Assembly: GCA_951406725.2 (NCBI GenBank)
Contig: OX597842.1
Location: 15,748,001 to 15,812,000 of the forward strand
Source of the DNA: Octopus vulgaris
Taxonomy: Eukaryota
Direction: 5' to 3'
Length of the DNA stretch: 64,000 nt
The translations under genes and the position numbers were made by a program. Below, piece after piece: positions 13,717-28,269 of the stretch. The notes below the pieces were generated by a model. The model was given only the letters and a program-made list of their open reading frames with translations, had not been told where the DNA came from and searched no databases. Every line of letters starts with the position of its first letter. The first letter of the stretch is position 1.

Positions 13717-14194
13717 TTGCGTGACACTGAACACTGAACGGAAATAAGTCTCATTAGTTTTCCCCAGAAGGTGTATATACTTCCGGTACAATGGTCATGG
13801 GATTAGGACGTTGAAGAAATGAAGTGCAAAACGGATTCCTCAACCCGAACCAATCGACAGGCTCTATAGGGGTAGACCAACAACGAGTTGTTTGGAGAAT
13901 ATTAGTTTGCCAATCGAGGGAATCCAGTCGGAAAGTGAAATGACGGTGCCTTCTGATTGGAACGTGTGGAGGAGATAACTCAGGACTCTACACACACGAC
14001 CCTACCAGGAATATTGGACATAGACTGATAGTTGCATATATACAGGTGTACAAATGTATTTATGTGTGTGTGAGAGTGTGCGTTGTGTAATTAAATGAGG
14101 CAGCTAGTTAGCAGAGTTTCACCTAAAAGGAAAACAATAAACGTTATTTAATATGACTGAAGGTGTTAGAACACCTAGAAATAAGAGCTAAATG

Positions 14195-14258
14195 GCTATT
14201 TAGCTCTTATTTCTAGCGGCATATGTATTGTAACACCTTCAGTCATATTGAATGACAC

Positions 14259-14331
<73 letters not shown>

Positions 14332-14588
14332 ATATGTATATATATATATATATATTTATTATATTAAATTAGAGATAAAACCACTATTAGGCAAATCATA
14401 CAATGAAAAACTTAACCCAATACATAAGATTATTTAATTTATATTATTTAAATATATAACAAAATTATATATTTAAATAATATAAATTAAATAATCTTAA
14501 GTATTGGGTTAAGTTTTTCATTGTATGATTTGCTTAATAGTGGTTTTATCTCTAATTTAATATAATATATATATATATATATATATAC

Positions 14589-14633
<45 letters not shown>

Positions 14634-14697
14634 GTGTCATTCAATATGACTGAAGGTGTTACAATACATATGCCGCTAGAAATAAGAGCTAAATAGC
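14195..14697. repeat. Nested palindrome: inverted LTR-like arms, (TA)n and a central fold-back element
   Basis: Arms are reverse complements about a centre near 14462; longer version at 32295-33145. Confidence 0.9.
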
Positions 14698-14854
14698 TCT
14701 GTTGCTGCTGTAAAAGCACATATGATTTTATACATACATGCCAGCGGCGACTGTAGATGACAGTGACTGACAACTACTGACATCTCTATACCGTACGGTT
14801 TTATCTCGAGACATGTATATATGTAGATCGGTATATATGTGCGTTGAAAGCAGC

Positions 14855-15900
14855 TACTCGAAAGCACCAGCCAGACTGCAAAGATTACTGTTAAGACTTC
14901 AAACATACGACTACGATATCAGGTAAAGCCAGGAAAAGTCCTGATATTGGCGGATGCTCTTTCCAGACTATCCTCACATGATAAACAAGAGATGGAAGGA
15001 CTAAGCATAAAGGTCCACCACATTGTAAATGTAACAACTACAAAGCTAGCTGAAAACAAAGAGGAGACCAGCAAAGATGAAGAACACCAGCTCCTTACTC
15101 AGATGGTGATTCAGGGGTGGCCAGACAGAGACGTCAGGTACAGCCCCTCATTCGTGAATATTGGGCCATCCATGACGATATATCAGTGGAGAATGGAATC
15201 CTGATGGCTGGATCCCCAATAATTATACCCAAGTCAATGCAAAAAGAGATTCTTGACAAGATCCACCAAGGGCATCTAGGGATGGAGAAATGCAAGCTCC
15301 GAGCCAAGTCAGCAGTATATTGGGTAGGCATGTACAAAGACATAGAAAAGACAGTTTCTACATGCCACTAGTCAAATGCCGAGAGACTAAGGAAGACCCA
15401 CACCTGGCACTTCTGTCCCTACGAGCGACCCACTCATAGCTGACATGAAATCCCCAGCAGAATTGCAGAGTGGCAGGAAGTACAAAACTACCCTGCCAAC
15501 CAATATCCAACCTCCTATTGACCAGGAAGAGACAAGGGCAAAGCTAGCTGCCACTCAAGAACAATCACAGAAATATTACAACAAACATGCACAATACTTA
15601 CCTGAGATACTTGGAGGACAACATGTGCATACTCAAGATGCCATAACTCAAACATGGATCCCAGCACAGGTTGTCAGTAGAGCTGAAAATCCAAGATCGT
15701 ATATAATAGAAACGGAATCTGGTAGGCAGCTGAGATGCAACAGGGCCCACATCCGCCCAACACCAAAGCTGTCGAGGACAACGTGTACAACACCTTTTGC
15801 ATCGGCGACAACACCCACAGAATCAACACCCCAACGGGCACCAACCACCCATCAGCAGCCCAACAACACACCTCAGACACCGGTACCACATCCTCGCAGT
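14855..15900 (+). mobile_element. Gypsy pol fragment (RNase H end, integrase zinc finger, C-terminus) with internal deletion
   Basis: [55 protein letters not shown]; integrase core deleted at about 15370 relative to copy 2. Confidence 0.9.
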
Positions 15901-16023
15901 GTTGTCTTTTTTTGTGTTTGTTGTTCTTCTTTTTTGGATTTTCTTTTCTTATTGCCTGCTATTTATACAGGCGCACAAGAAATGCATGAACATACACACT
16001 ACTTGTCTTTATTCTTCTCTGTC

Positions 16024-16345
<322 letters not shown>

Positions 16346-16575
16346 TCTATCTGTCTATGTACTTACCTACCTTCCTAACTATCTCTCCCGATATATATAT
16401 ATATATTGTTATATATATGTATGTGTGTGTGTGTGTGTGTGAGTAGAGAGGGAGAAAGATTGAGAGAGAGAGACATACAGATAGAAATAATTATAGATAA
16501 TAATAATAATAACAACAACAGCAACAACAGCACCACGAACAACAATAACAATATTCATAGTTTAGGATAATCAAC

Positions 16576-16599
<24 letters not shown>

Positions 16600-16606
<7 letters not shown>

Positions 16607-16890
16607 ATTCGAGACAAAACCACTATTTTAAAACCAAACAATTTGATACTGATTAGAAGATCGAAAATCCACCTGAAGTTTGTCGGAGCAGACATGAAAC
16701 ATTTGTAGTGGCGGTTTATTTAATTTATATTAAAATTTTATGTATTGATTAAGTCTTTCCTTGTTTGGTTTTAAAATAGTGGTTTTGTCTCAATTATATT
16801 ATATAATATTTTACTATAAAATTGGATTTAACCCTAAATCTGATTTTTCCCTGTAATTTTGGATTCATTCCCTAATATTTATTATTATAT
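16600..16890. mobile_element. PLE-type short fold-back element in (TA)n with a hammerhead-like motif; copy-1 specific
   Basis: Inverted arms gagacaaaaccactattttaaaaccaaaca / tgtttggttttaaaatagtggttttgtctc; the equivalent site in copy 2 (35201-35262) is pure (TA)n. Confidence 0.75.
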
Positions 16891-17630
16891 ATATATATAT
16901 ATATTCTTCAAAACGTAACCACATGTGAATCGTTAGCGATTCTATTCCTCTGTCTTCCTTTCTATTAAACTTTCTTCTGTTTCTGAAGAAAAATCGTTGC
17001 TCGAAACGTTAAACCATATGTAGTACTCCTTGGAGTAGTCCGTCCGCTTTGATCCTCCCGTGACTCCCACCTCTCACCTGTGGTTCATCAATGCTATCTG
17101 CATGCAACGGTATCCACACCCAGGCTCACGGCTTCCACAGGCTGGCTAAACCATGGTAAGGGTAGCACACGGCCTTAAACCATTGGCGGACTAGTGCTTG
17201 TCTGTCTAAGGATGTAAACCGGTGGAGTGTGCTGAGGAAACCAATAGACAGGCTCAACAGACTCGCAAACCTTGTGGAGGTGGAACTGCAACCTGTCTGT
17301 CGTTTTCTTCACTTCATCCTTCCACTGGAATCACAGAGGAAGGGACGAGAGAGCAAGCCAGATGCTATTGTGCAACATTCCCTCACTTTAATCCATTGTC
17401 ACGCTCAGTTCAAGGGTCAGGTAAAATATTGGGTTGGTGCATAACTATTGCGGCAATTTTTCAACAAATATTATTCAACAAAAACAATAAAAATATTTAT
17501 CAAAGACATATTTACTGTTATTTCTAGCATCACGTAGGACCACCAATTGGATAATATTCCTCTGGATGCTTCTTAAAGTCTCCTTCAATCCTTCATGAAA
17601 AGCAATACTCTTTTTACTCTTTTTTACTCT

Positions 17631-18031
17631 TTATACTTGTTTCAGTCATTTGACTGCGGCCATGCTGGAGCACCGCCTTTAGTCGAGCAAATCGACCCCG
17701 GGACTTATTCTTTGTAAGCCCAGTACTTATTCTATCGGTCTCTTTTGCCGAACCGCTAGGTTACGGGGATGTAAACACACCAGCATCGGTTGTCAAGCGA
17801 TGCTAGGTGAACAAATACAGACACACAAACATATTCACACACACTTATATATATATATACATATATACGAGAGGCTTCTTTCAGTTTCCGTCTACCAAAT
17901 CCACTCACAAGGCATTGGTCGGCCCGGGGCTATAGCAGAAGACACTTGCCCAAGATGCCAAGCAGTGGGACTGAACCCGGAACCATGTGGTTCGGTTAGC
18001 ATGCTACTTACCAAACAGCCACTCCTGCGCC
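17631..18031 (-). mobile_element. Near full-length tRNA-derived SINE
   Basis: Head GGCGCAGGAGTGGCTGTTTGGTAAG..GGTTCAGTCCC; tail ending GAAACAAGT followed by short AAAAAGAGT repeats; at least six family copies in the window. Confidence 0.92.
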
Positions 18032-18239
18032 TATACAAAATATAAACTATTATTTTTAGCATATTACCCGACCACCTGTAGGACAATATATTTGATCGAC
18101 GCCTCCTCAAGTGTTCTGCTTTTATAAAAAAAGAAACATTTGGAATTTCAACGTGTTTACTTGCTGTTTCACGAATGATGCGAGACAATAGAGAGGTGAG
18201 ATTCTTTTATAAAAGTCGAAATGGTTTTGGGAGGGAAAC

Positions 18240-18818
18240 AATGAGATTAAGGGAAAGAAAGAGAGTGAGAGAGAGAGAGTAAAAAGAAGGAAAGAATGAA
18301 AGAAAGTGAGAGAGAGAGAAAGGAAGAAAGAAAAGAGAAAAAAGAAGGAATGAAAGAAAAGAGGAGGGAAGGATTAAAGTAACAAGATTCTGTAATAATG
18401 CATGAAATGAGAGCGGGGGAGAGAAGGAAAGAGAGAAAGGGAGAAGGAATGAAGGAAAAAAGAAGGAGAAAAGAAAGAAAGAAGGGAAATGAAGGAAAGA
18501 AGGGGAGAAAGATAAGAGCAGGGCGGAGAGGGAGAGAGAGAAAAACGAGAAAAGGAAAGGAAACGAAGCAACGACAATAAAAGGAAGGAAGAAAATGAAA
18601 AGAAGCAAAGGAGAAGGTAAGATAAGAGCGATGAAAGAAAAAAGAATGAAGATTAAGAAGAAGGAAATGAAAAACAGAAAGAAAACCAAAGAAATAACGA
18701 AAATGAATGAATGAAAGAAAGAAAAAATGAGAGAAATGAAGGAAGAAAGAAAGACAGAAAGGAAAGAAAGAAAGAAAGAAGGAAAGAATGAGAGAAATGA
18801 AGGAAGGAAAACAGAAAG

Positions 18819-18887
<69 letters not shown>

Positions 18888-19075
18888 GAAAGAAGGAAAG
18901 AAAAAAGAAAGGAAAGAAAGAAAGAAAGGAAAGAAAGAAAGGAAAAAGAAAGGAAAGAAAGAAAGAAGAAAGAAAGAAAGAATGTAGAAAGGAAAGAAAA
19001 TTAAGGAACTTAAGAAAGGAAGGGAGAAAGGAAGGAAGGAAAGAAAGAAGAAAGAAAGAAAGAATGAAGAAAGGA

Positions 19076-19122
<47 letters not shown>

Positions 19123-20300
19123 GAAAAAGGAAAGAAGGAAAGAATGTGAGAGATGAAGGAAGGAATAAAAAAGGGAAGAAACAAAGAAAGAAAAAAGAAG
19201 AAAGAACGAAAGAAAGGAGAGAGAAAGAAAAAACAAAGAAAAAAAAAGAAAGAAGAAGGAAAGTAAAAGGAAAGAAAGAAAGAAGAAAGTAAGAAAGTAT
19301 GAAACAAAGAAAGAAAGGAAGTTCAAGAAAGAAAGAAAAAAAGAAAGATAGAAAGAAAAAAGTAAGAGAGAAAAAATGAAAGACAGAAAAAAAAAGGAAA
19401 GAAAGGAAAAGGAAAGAAAGAAAAAAGAAAGAGTGAAAAAAAGAAAGAAAGAGAAAGAAATAAAGAAATAAAGGAAAAGGAAAGAATGCAAAAAGAAAGA
19501 AATTAAAGGGAAACAAAAAGAAAGAATGAGAGAGAGATAGAGAGGAAGGCGACGTAATTCTGTAAAAATGATGAGTAGAAAGAGGGAGAGGGAGGGAGAG
19601 AGGGGGAAAAGGAGGAGGGATTAGAGAAATTAATGTTAAGAAGAGAGGAGGAGTATGAGATGAGAGACAAAGAGTAAAAAGGCGGAGCATTAATATATAA
19701 TAAGGTAATAGAGAGAGGGAGAGGGAGAGAGGGAGCAGGAGAGAGACAGACAAACAGAGACAGGGAGACAGAGAGAAACATAAGAAGCGAGAGGGAGAAA
19801 GAGAGTGACTGAAATAGAGAATTGGAGAGAGCAAAGAGAGAGAAAGACAGATATAGAGAGATAGAGGGTGATGGAAAGGGAGGAGAAAGGGAGGGAAAGA
19901 ATGAGGTAAGAGAATGAGAGAATATTATATAAGGAGGTGGAGGGAGAGAGAGAATGGTACATAGGTTTAGAAAGAGAGGGAGAGTGTGACGTGGGGCGGA
20001 GCGGAAAAGAGGTAGAGGGATAGTATGAGATATGAGGCGGTAAAAAAGGAGGGAGAGAGACAAAAAGTGAGGGAGGGGGAAGGAAACACAGATGATGTAT
20101 GAGATATATGCTTTGTGAGGGAGGGAGAGTAAGAGTTGAGAGAAAACAATAACATAAATAAGTGACAGAGAGAGAGGGAGAGGAGTAGAGAAGGAGAGGG
20201 GATGATGTGTGTGATAAGAGAGGGAGTCTATCATGTATTAGAGAAAGGAAGAGGGGAAGGATGAGGTATTAATACAGAATGAGGAAGGAGAGAGAAGAGT
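18240..20300 (+). repeat. ~2 kb polypurine (GAAA/GGAA/GA) low-complexity tract
   Basis: Direct inspection; expanded counterpart at 36580-39300. Confidence 0.95.
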
Positions 20301-20339
20301 TTCGAAGTGTCCTTCATTTTCATATGAAACACAAAACCA

Positions 20340-20760
20340 AACTCTAACATACTTGGCTGTTATTTCTAGCATCACATTTGATACCCAATTGGACTATATT
20401 TCCTTACAATCTCCTTAAAGTGACCTTCATAAAAACGATGTAAAGTATAGTGTGGTGGGCTGTTATTTCTAGCAAGATAACAGACCACCAACACGTTTTA
20501 TAGACGCTCCTTCACTTGGTTTCTCATTCGAGGAATAGGTCTGACCAGATCCGGGAAAAACTTTTATAAATGCTTCTTAAATTGTCTTTCAATTTCGTAT
20601 GAAAAACATAGCAACTTTGAGTGTAGTGGGCTGTTATTTCTAGCATGATGTCAAACCACGTGTAGGACGATTCTTTGAATAAATGCTTCTTAAATTGTCC
20701 GTCAATGCCTCGACCATTTAATTTCCTCAATTAAGAACTACACAGTAATTTAGTAATTAA
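20340..20760. repeat. Degenerate tandem repeat built on ggctgttatttctagca
   Basis: Motif at about 20356, 20458 and 20629; an extra unit in copy 2 (about 39450-39690); also dispersed at 17515, 21760 and 41061. Confidence 0.7.
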
Positions 20761-21045
20761 TCGTTAGTTAAATAATTAGCTTCTGGTAAAATAATTAGCG
20801 AGAGAGAAATTTTAAGGTAAATCTGAAAATATAATTTATTTGTAAGAAAATAAGGTTTCTTAGGAATAAAAGGAGAGGAAGAGGGAGAGGGTAAGATATA
20901 AGGAGGTGGGGGAGATAGAGAGAGAAAGAAAGGAAGAAAGAGTGAGAGAGAGAGAGAGAAAGGAAGAGAGAAAGAGAGATAGGGAAATCTAGGGAAGCGG
21001 AGGGATATGTTAATGTATGAAATGGCAGAGAAAGAAAGAGAAAGA

Positions 21046-21095
<50 letters not shown>

Positions 21096-21830
21096 AATTG
21101 ATATATACGTTTAGGAAGTGAGGGAGAGGATGAGGTTAACGCTTTTGCAAGGGAGGCGGGGTTGGTTAAAATGAATTTATAATGAGGTTCTGTGAGAAAG
21201 GAGACAAAGAGGGAGAAGTGGGAGGATATGTTTTGTAGGGGAGGGAGAAAGAGTATGAAAATGCATTATGGGTTTAGTGAGGTGCAGACAGAGGGAATTC
21301 AGATTACAAGCAAGGGAGGGGGAAGCATTGGGTAATATATGAGGAGGTGGGAGACGGAATCGAAGAGAAAGTGACAGACAAAGAGGGAGAGCCCACTTAT
21401 TGGACGATATATATTTAGTAATAGGGGAAGGGTATGAGTTAATAAACAAAGCAAAATGGGCGGAGTCATTCTACGTTATACAATGTGGTGGGAGGTGTCA
21501 AAGCGTAAGAACAATAACTCTTATTGAATCCCTTTTCGCTTTAAATTGTATTTTTTCTTTCGCAGAATTTGAAGATTTCCAAAATGATTTAATGTAAATA
21601 ATAGATCGAAGTGTTTATAACGCAATATCAATAAATATCGAACACTTTTCTATATCACTGATTCGTTTTCGTTTCGCTTTTTTAATATTGCAATTCTTAC
21701 CCCTTAATTTCCTCCTCGTAATCTTCACACTGCACCCTGCACCTATTGTCGATGCAGCTGCTAGAAATAGCAGTCAAACATCGCATACTAAATGAAACCT
21801 CCTATTTCTTTAATTGCTTCAAAATTTATT

Positions 21831-21960
21831 TATTAAGATGAGGAAAAATTTCGTGCGTTTCGTCTTTATTTTGAAGAATATTTGTTGCTTTTGAATAAAT
21901 TCTTGCATGAAAAAAAATTATTATTTTAACACGACGCACGAACATTTCCTCAATCTAATA
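21831..21960. mobile_element. Tc1/mariner-type MITE
   Basis: ~30-bp imperfect terminal inverted repeats tattaagatgaggaaaaatttcgtgcgt / acgcacgaacatttcctcaatctaata with TA ends. Confidence 0.55.
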
Positions 21961-22664
21961 GTTTCTATTTTATAATTGGCATTTGGTCAGATTACTGCAA
22001 AGATTAGCCATTGACTCTCCACTACAAAGAGAAGGGAGCAAGAATATGCAATGAAAGTGCAGTTTAGTGCAGCCGTGCACTGGTTGTCGTCGTATTTTAA
22101 GCTGCAAAATTGTGAAAGTAAACTTCGAGAAGGAAAGGGATCAGACCGGAAGTGATGAAAATAGAACAGGAAACAAGTGAATGCCATCTAACGGAGAAAC
22201 ATTCAGCTCATAGTGACGACGCCTCTACAACCGAAACATCTCGACACACTGTTTTTACTCATCGCAGGCCGGTCTCATGGATGTGTGACGGAGCTGTGTT
22301 GCGGGGAAAGAGCTACGAGAACAGAAATCGACGGAAGTTGACGCATCTCGACGGTTATGAATGAGTTCAGTGTGAAGATATTAAATGCCTTTCGGTATTG
22401 CTTCAGATGTTTGACACCCGAATTTCCTGCCCCAGAGCTTCCAGAAGATGGAGATTTTGAATTATATTTTCTAAAACTGAGCTTCTGATGCTGTCAATTG
22501 CGATTATATCGGAATATTTGATGAAAACATTTTTTGTACTTCGATGTGAGGAGTTTGGAAAAATCACAAAAGGCGTCTGGCTTTTTTCACAACTTTCAGA
22601 AAATTAGTAAATTTTTAATGGAATTTTCTATTAATGCCTTTCAGAGTGTGTCGATTACAATTAT

Positions 22665-23010
<346 letters not shown>

Positions 23011-23151
23011 AAAAGTATATCGGAAATTAATATGAGAAAATTAATTTGATGGATTACTACACATACATAGTACAACATGTCACATATCGACAAAATGGAA
23101 ACTTGAAATTTCGAAGAAAATTGTGATGTGCGTCATTGTGTGTGTGTGTGA

Positions 23152-23192
<41 letters not shown>

Positions 23193-24039
23193 CATTATTT
23201 TTTCTTTCCACATTAAATTCCAATATAATCACGTTTTACACACACTATAAAATATTTGTAGAAAATTACATTAGAAAATAACCCATTTTTGCTAAGGTTT
23301 TGAGCAAACACAGACAATTCGTGTGAATTATACGAAACTTATCTTTCCGCCCATAGACAAATTTGTTTCGCTACAAATTCCGATATAATCAGAATGATCA
23401 CCATCTGAAGCGTATTCACAGAAAATTTAATTAAATACTGTCCGTTTGGCGGGGAGTTATGAGGAAACAAATTCGGTTCGTCGCACACATCTGTGAGAAT
23501 AACTGCCTTCCCAACACGGGTCTTCTGCTGGAAATCGCTGTTCCAGTCGGAAAGCTTCTCGGCTCTCCTCTCCTGCATCTGTGCGTGTCGGTGGGACATT
23601 ACCGTCAAATCCAAGCACCATCTGAGTCGTCTCTTTTCCTCACTAATATTTCACACTTTCTCTCTCACTCTCTCTCTCTTTCTCTAATTCTTCCTTTCTT
23701 TCTGAGTGTTATGTTGCAGCCCTACCCATCCATCAGAATCATCCTCACCTGACCTAAGAGCGACAATGACAGAGAAAGTAGCTGTCCATCTGCAGCTGAC
23801 ATGTACCCTAAGCCTCGACTCCTTGAAGCATCAACGGTTTAAAATGTGTAAGAAGCCGGTTCCCTTTGTTAACAGCATGTAGGTCGATTGCAGAAATATC
23901 TGGTCGGTGGTGGAAGATTGAGACAGATGCACAGGTATCTCAACGAAATTCAGCTGCGGGGAAGTGGCTTCTGTCTTTACAATCAACCACGTGTTTCATT
24001 ATTCTTGAATCTTTTATTTAAATAAGAAGTTTCAGTGAT

Positions 24040-25075
24040 CTTCCCTTTTGTACAGACATATTACGTTTATTAAGTTGTCCAAAAATGTCTGAAAAATAGA
24101 ATAATTTGTATAACGAATCTTCATTGTGAAACAAATCTGAATTTAATCCCAGTAGGAATATTATGTCTTCATTTTCTTAAAGTTCTAACAATTGTTTCAA
24201 AGCTTCTCCATTTCAGATTCATCACACTTGGATACCATTTCCTCACTATTGAGAAGAAGAATTTTAATAACGTTAATAATTTTAACCGCTTCTTGTAATA
24301 TTGCAAAAGTATCTGGAAATATTTTCTGAGAAACAAACACCTCTCAGTGAAGATTGCAATAAGTGACAGAAATAGGATTTTTATCTTACAAATTTAACTT
24401 GAACCCCAATTTCCCTCCTTATCATAGCTTCTGCATCTTTATTACATACTACATTACATTTATACCATCCAAGGCCTAGTTCTAAGAAACTATCGTCTAC
24501 TTTTAGCTACAAAGTCTCTATCTAACGAACCAACCTTCCTGGCCCCTATTCTATATTACTATAGTTTGTAATTTTAGTTGCTTCATCTAATTGAATTGCA
24601 TGTTTAGAGACGTTGTTTAAAAACCTTCGCATAATTTACTCCAATTAATCATTATTAATTTCTGAAATACAAATACCAACATTATCATTTGACAGACGAA
24701 CTTTGATTCATCTGCATGTTATTTCAATGAATAATTCCTGATGTTTTCATTGCTGCTGCTAATACAAGTTCTTCACCGATGTTGTTTGGGGTTTATTTTA
24801 TCTCTTGCAATTAAATAAGCAGCTTCAAATGATGCCCTTAAGTATTTCACTCTGTATATTGAGTGAATAACTTGCTCAAGAGATTGCTTCTGTGCACTGA
24901 TAGCCTTTCAAGACAATTCTATAGTCTTATATTATAAGGAAATGTCTTGAATGAAAACGTTTTTAATTTTTGTGGGCTTCATATTTTCAGACACCAAACA
25001 ATTCTTACAAATAAACCTGACCGGAATTCTTTCAATATTTGTCCAAAATATGATACCATATAATTTGTTTCTAAA
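24040..25075 (-). mobile_element. hAT/Buster (ZBED5/FAM200-like) transposase remnant
   Basis: Minus-strand fragments ENMKPTK, ASFEAAYLIAR, IGEELVLAAA, LSND, IQLDEAT, CNLH*E, LQEAVKIINVIK; many stops. Confidence 0.8.
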
Positions 25076-25790
25076 CCAATAATTTCTAATAATAATTGCT
25101 TAAAATATAAATAATTTTATGTTAAATTTCAAAATAATCAGGTTTGTTCACTCGTTTCACGTTCCAATCCAATAACAATTGGACAATACTTACGAGTTAG
25201 GTTTCACTAACTTTTCAAATTTTTAATTTATGGATTATTTTTTATATGTATGATGGTGAAATTTGACATTTTGCTGAAAATCTACAATAACTATTGAGTA
25301 ACAATGATCATAATGGTAGAATATAAAATAAAGAACTTGCAACCATTGCCACATTGGGAAAACCTGCCTTAAATCACTGCAGAACAAATAGAAACATCCA
25401 TAGACACATCGTATATTACATAGAAATACTATTCCTATATGATACACTAGCGGAGAAAGCCGCCTTTGCTCGGGATTAAAATAGCATTGTTTCGATATTA
25501 TGACCCGATTTCATTCGGGTCTACTCGGGCCACATTTTCAAGATGAGGAATTCTCCCCTCCATAAAACGAAACTTTTATTAAAAATTGGCAATGTAAAAA
25601 AGCATGCCAAATGGTTAAAGAGACTTTGAGAAGTGATTGAAGAAACCTCGCGGATGCAGATGTGAAGGGCAAAGAATGACGGGAAAATGCTGGAAAAATA
25701 CAAAACAAGTCTGGTCTCTGCACAAAACTGAAATAGTATAATACGACTGCACTTACAATGGCCATACTCGATAACGAGTAGACAGCCACC

Positions 25791-25983
25791 ATGTATGTAT
25801 GTATGTATGTATGCAAGTATGTATGTATGTATGTATGTATGTATGTATGTATGTATGTATGTATTATGTATGTATGTATGTATTATGTATGTATGTATGT
25901 ATGTATGTATGTATGTATGTATGTATGTATGTATGTATGTATGTATGTATGTGTGTATGTATGTATGTATGTATGTATGTATG

Positions 25984-26015
<32 letters not shown>

Positions 26016-26236
26016 TGTATGCATGCATGTATGTATGTATGTATGTATGTATGTATGTATGTATGTATGTGTGTATGTATGTATGTGTGTATGTATGTAT
26101 GTATGTATGTATATATGTATGTATGTATATATGTATGTATGTATGTCTGTCTGTCACGTGTATGTATGTATGTATGTATGTATGTATGTATGTATGTATG
26201 TATGTATGTATGTATGTGTGTATGTATGTATGTATG

Positions 26237-26271
<35 letters not shown>

Positions 26272-26555
26272 TGTATGTATGTGTGTATGTACGTGTGTAT
26301 GTATGTATGTGTGTATGTATGTATGTGTGTATGTATGTATTATGTATGTATGTATGTATGTATGTATGTATGTATGTGTGTATGTATGTATGTATGTGTA
26401 TGTATGTATGTGTGTATGTATGTATGTATGATGTATGTATGTATATGTATGTATGTCTGTGTCTGTCACTTATGTAATATGTAGGACTATGTATGTATGT
26501 ATCTCATGTATGTATGTATCATGTATGTATGTATGTATGATGCATGTATCTATGT
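25791..26555. repeat. ~760 bp (ATGT)n microsatellite
   Basis: Direct inspection; lies at the start of duplication copy 2. Confidence 0.95.
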
Positions 26556-27198
26556 AGATTTATGTTAACATCCGCTGGTCAGCTCATTTCCACAGCTGTA
26601 CACAGATTGTCTTCCCTGAGTCAAGTCTTCTCTGTCACGTCGATTATGGTCACGTTTTATTGAGGGTTTCACTGGGACATTTCAAAAATACTCCTTATTA
26701 CTGGCTATAGCTTCTACCATCTTGTAGGTACTCACTATATATGTATGTATGTATTATGAATCTTTGTGTGTGTGCGTGTGTGTGATTTGTTGAGGCACCA
26801 CATCACAAAAGCAAAATAATGCATATCTTTTAGAGAGAAAGCTAGAGAAAGCGAAAGAGAGTAGTATATAATATTTTGAGAAAGGAAGGGATGTTGTTTT
26901 TTCCATTTGACTTAACATTTAGAACATATTTTAACAATGTTTGGTGTGTTTTGTTAACTACAATGTATTGAAATTTTAATGAAGAATGGGTGACGCAATA
27001 CTGCAATGTAGTAGTAAGCAATATTATACATACATATGTGTGTATGTGTGCGTGAGTATGTGTGTGTGTGTACATAGATATATACATGTATTACTATACC
27101 ATATATATATATAATATATATATATATATTTATATTTTGTCTACATACAGCTCTTTATATACACAAACACACACAGACACACAGGCACCCATACACAC

Positions 27199-27252
<54 letters not shown>

Positions 27253-27293
27253 CTATCTATGCATGCATCTCCGTCTGCATTTGAATGTATGTA

Positions 27294-27362
<69 letters not shown>

Positions 27363-27408
27363 CTATCTATGCATACATTTCTGTCTGCATTGGAATGTAT
27401 GTATGTGC

Positions 27409-27442
<34 letters not shown>

Positions 27443-27831
27443 CAATCTGGTCGGTTGCATAACTTATTAAGATGGCGCACCCCCTTGAATAATATTTAAT
27501 TGAATGAATGGTAATATTAAGGGGTCATAAACGCACCTGCGCCGGTGGTTAAGCACACTAAAACACTCAAACACACAAACACATACACCCCGCTTATCCG
27601 CACACATACTGAGATGAGGTATTTCTTTCAGTTTTCGGCTATTGAACTCAATCAAAAGGCCCAGGTCGGCCGGAGTTTATAGCGCGAAATTCCCGTCCAT
27701 GTTGCGACGCAGTGGGACTGAACCCAAAACAATGTGTTTGGTAAACAAGCTTCATACATGTCTGTTGGTATAAGTGTATACACATGCATATACATAGATA
27801 TAATATTGATATATATCTCTTTCTTTCTCTC

Positions 27832-28044
27832 TTTTACTTGTTTCAGTCATTTTGACTGCGGCCATGCTTCAGCACCGCCTTTAGTCGAGCAAATCGACCC
27901 TGGGACTTATCCTTTGTAAGCCCAGTGCTTATTCTATCGGTCTCTTTTGCCGAACCGCTAAGTGACGGGGACGTAAACACACCAGCATCGGTTGTCAAGC
28001 AATGCTAGGGGGTCAAACACAGACACACAAACACACACATACGC

Positions 28045-28105
<61 letters not shown>

Positions 28106-28269
28106 TACAACAGGCTTCTTTCAGTTTCCGTCTACCAAATCCACTCACAAGGTATTGGTCGGCCCGGGGCTATAGCAGAAGACACTTGCCCAAGATGCCA
28201 CGCAGTGGGACTGAACCCGGGACCATGTGGTTGGATAGCAAGCTACTTACCACACAGCCACTGCTGCGC
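27832..28269 (-). mobile_element. tRNA-derived SINE (paralogue of 9893-10337)
   Basis: Same family sequence and same flanks. Confidence 0.9.

Noticed and set aside
17020-17400. HDV-like ribozyme in an RTE-type 5'UTR fragment (also 7640-7740 and 35380-35760)
   Set aside because: A ccac..gtgg stem is visible, but I could not build the full double pseudoknot by eye
18207-20234. Long F/L/S-rich minus-strand ORFs and K/E/R-rich plus-strand ORFs (also 36269-39166)
   Set aside because: Translation of (GAAA)n tracts that lack stop codons; overlapping frames all open
20340-20760. CRISPR-like spaced repeat (ggctgttatttctagca)
   Set aside because: Eukaryotic context, irregular spacing, spacers homologous to each other, no cas genes
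25521-26484. MYVC/HTYI repeat ORFs
   Set aside because: (ATGT)n microsatellite artefact
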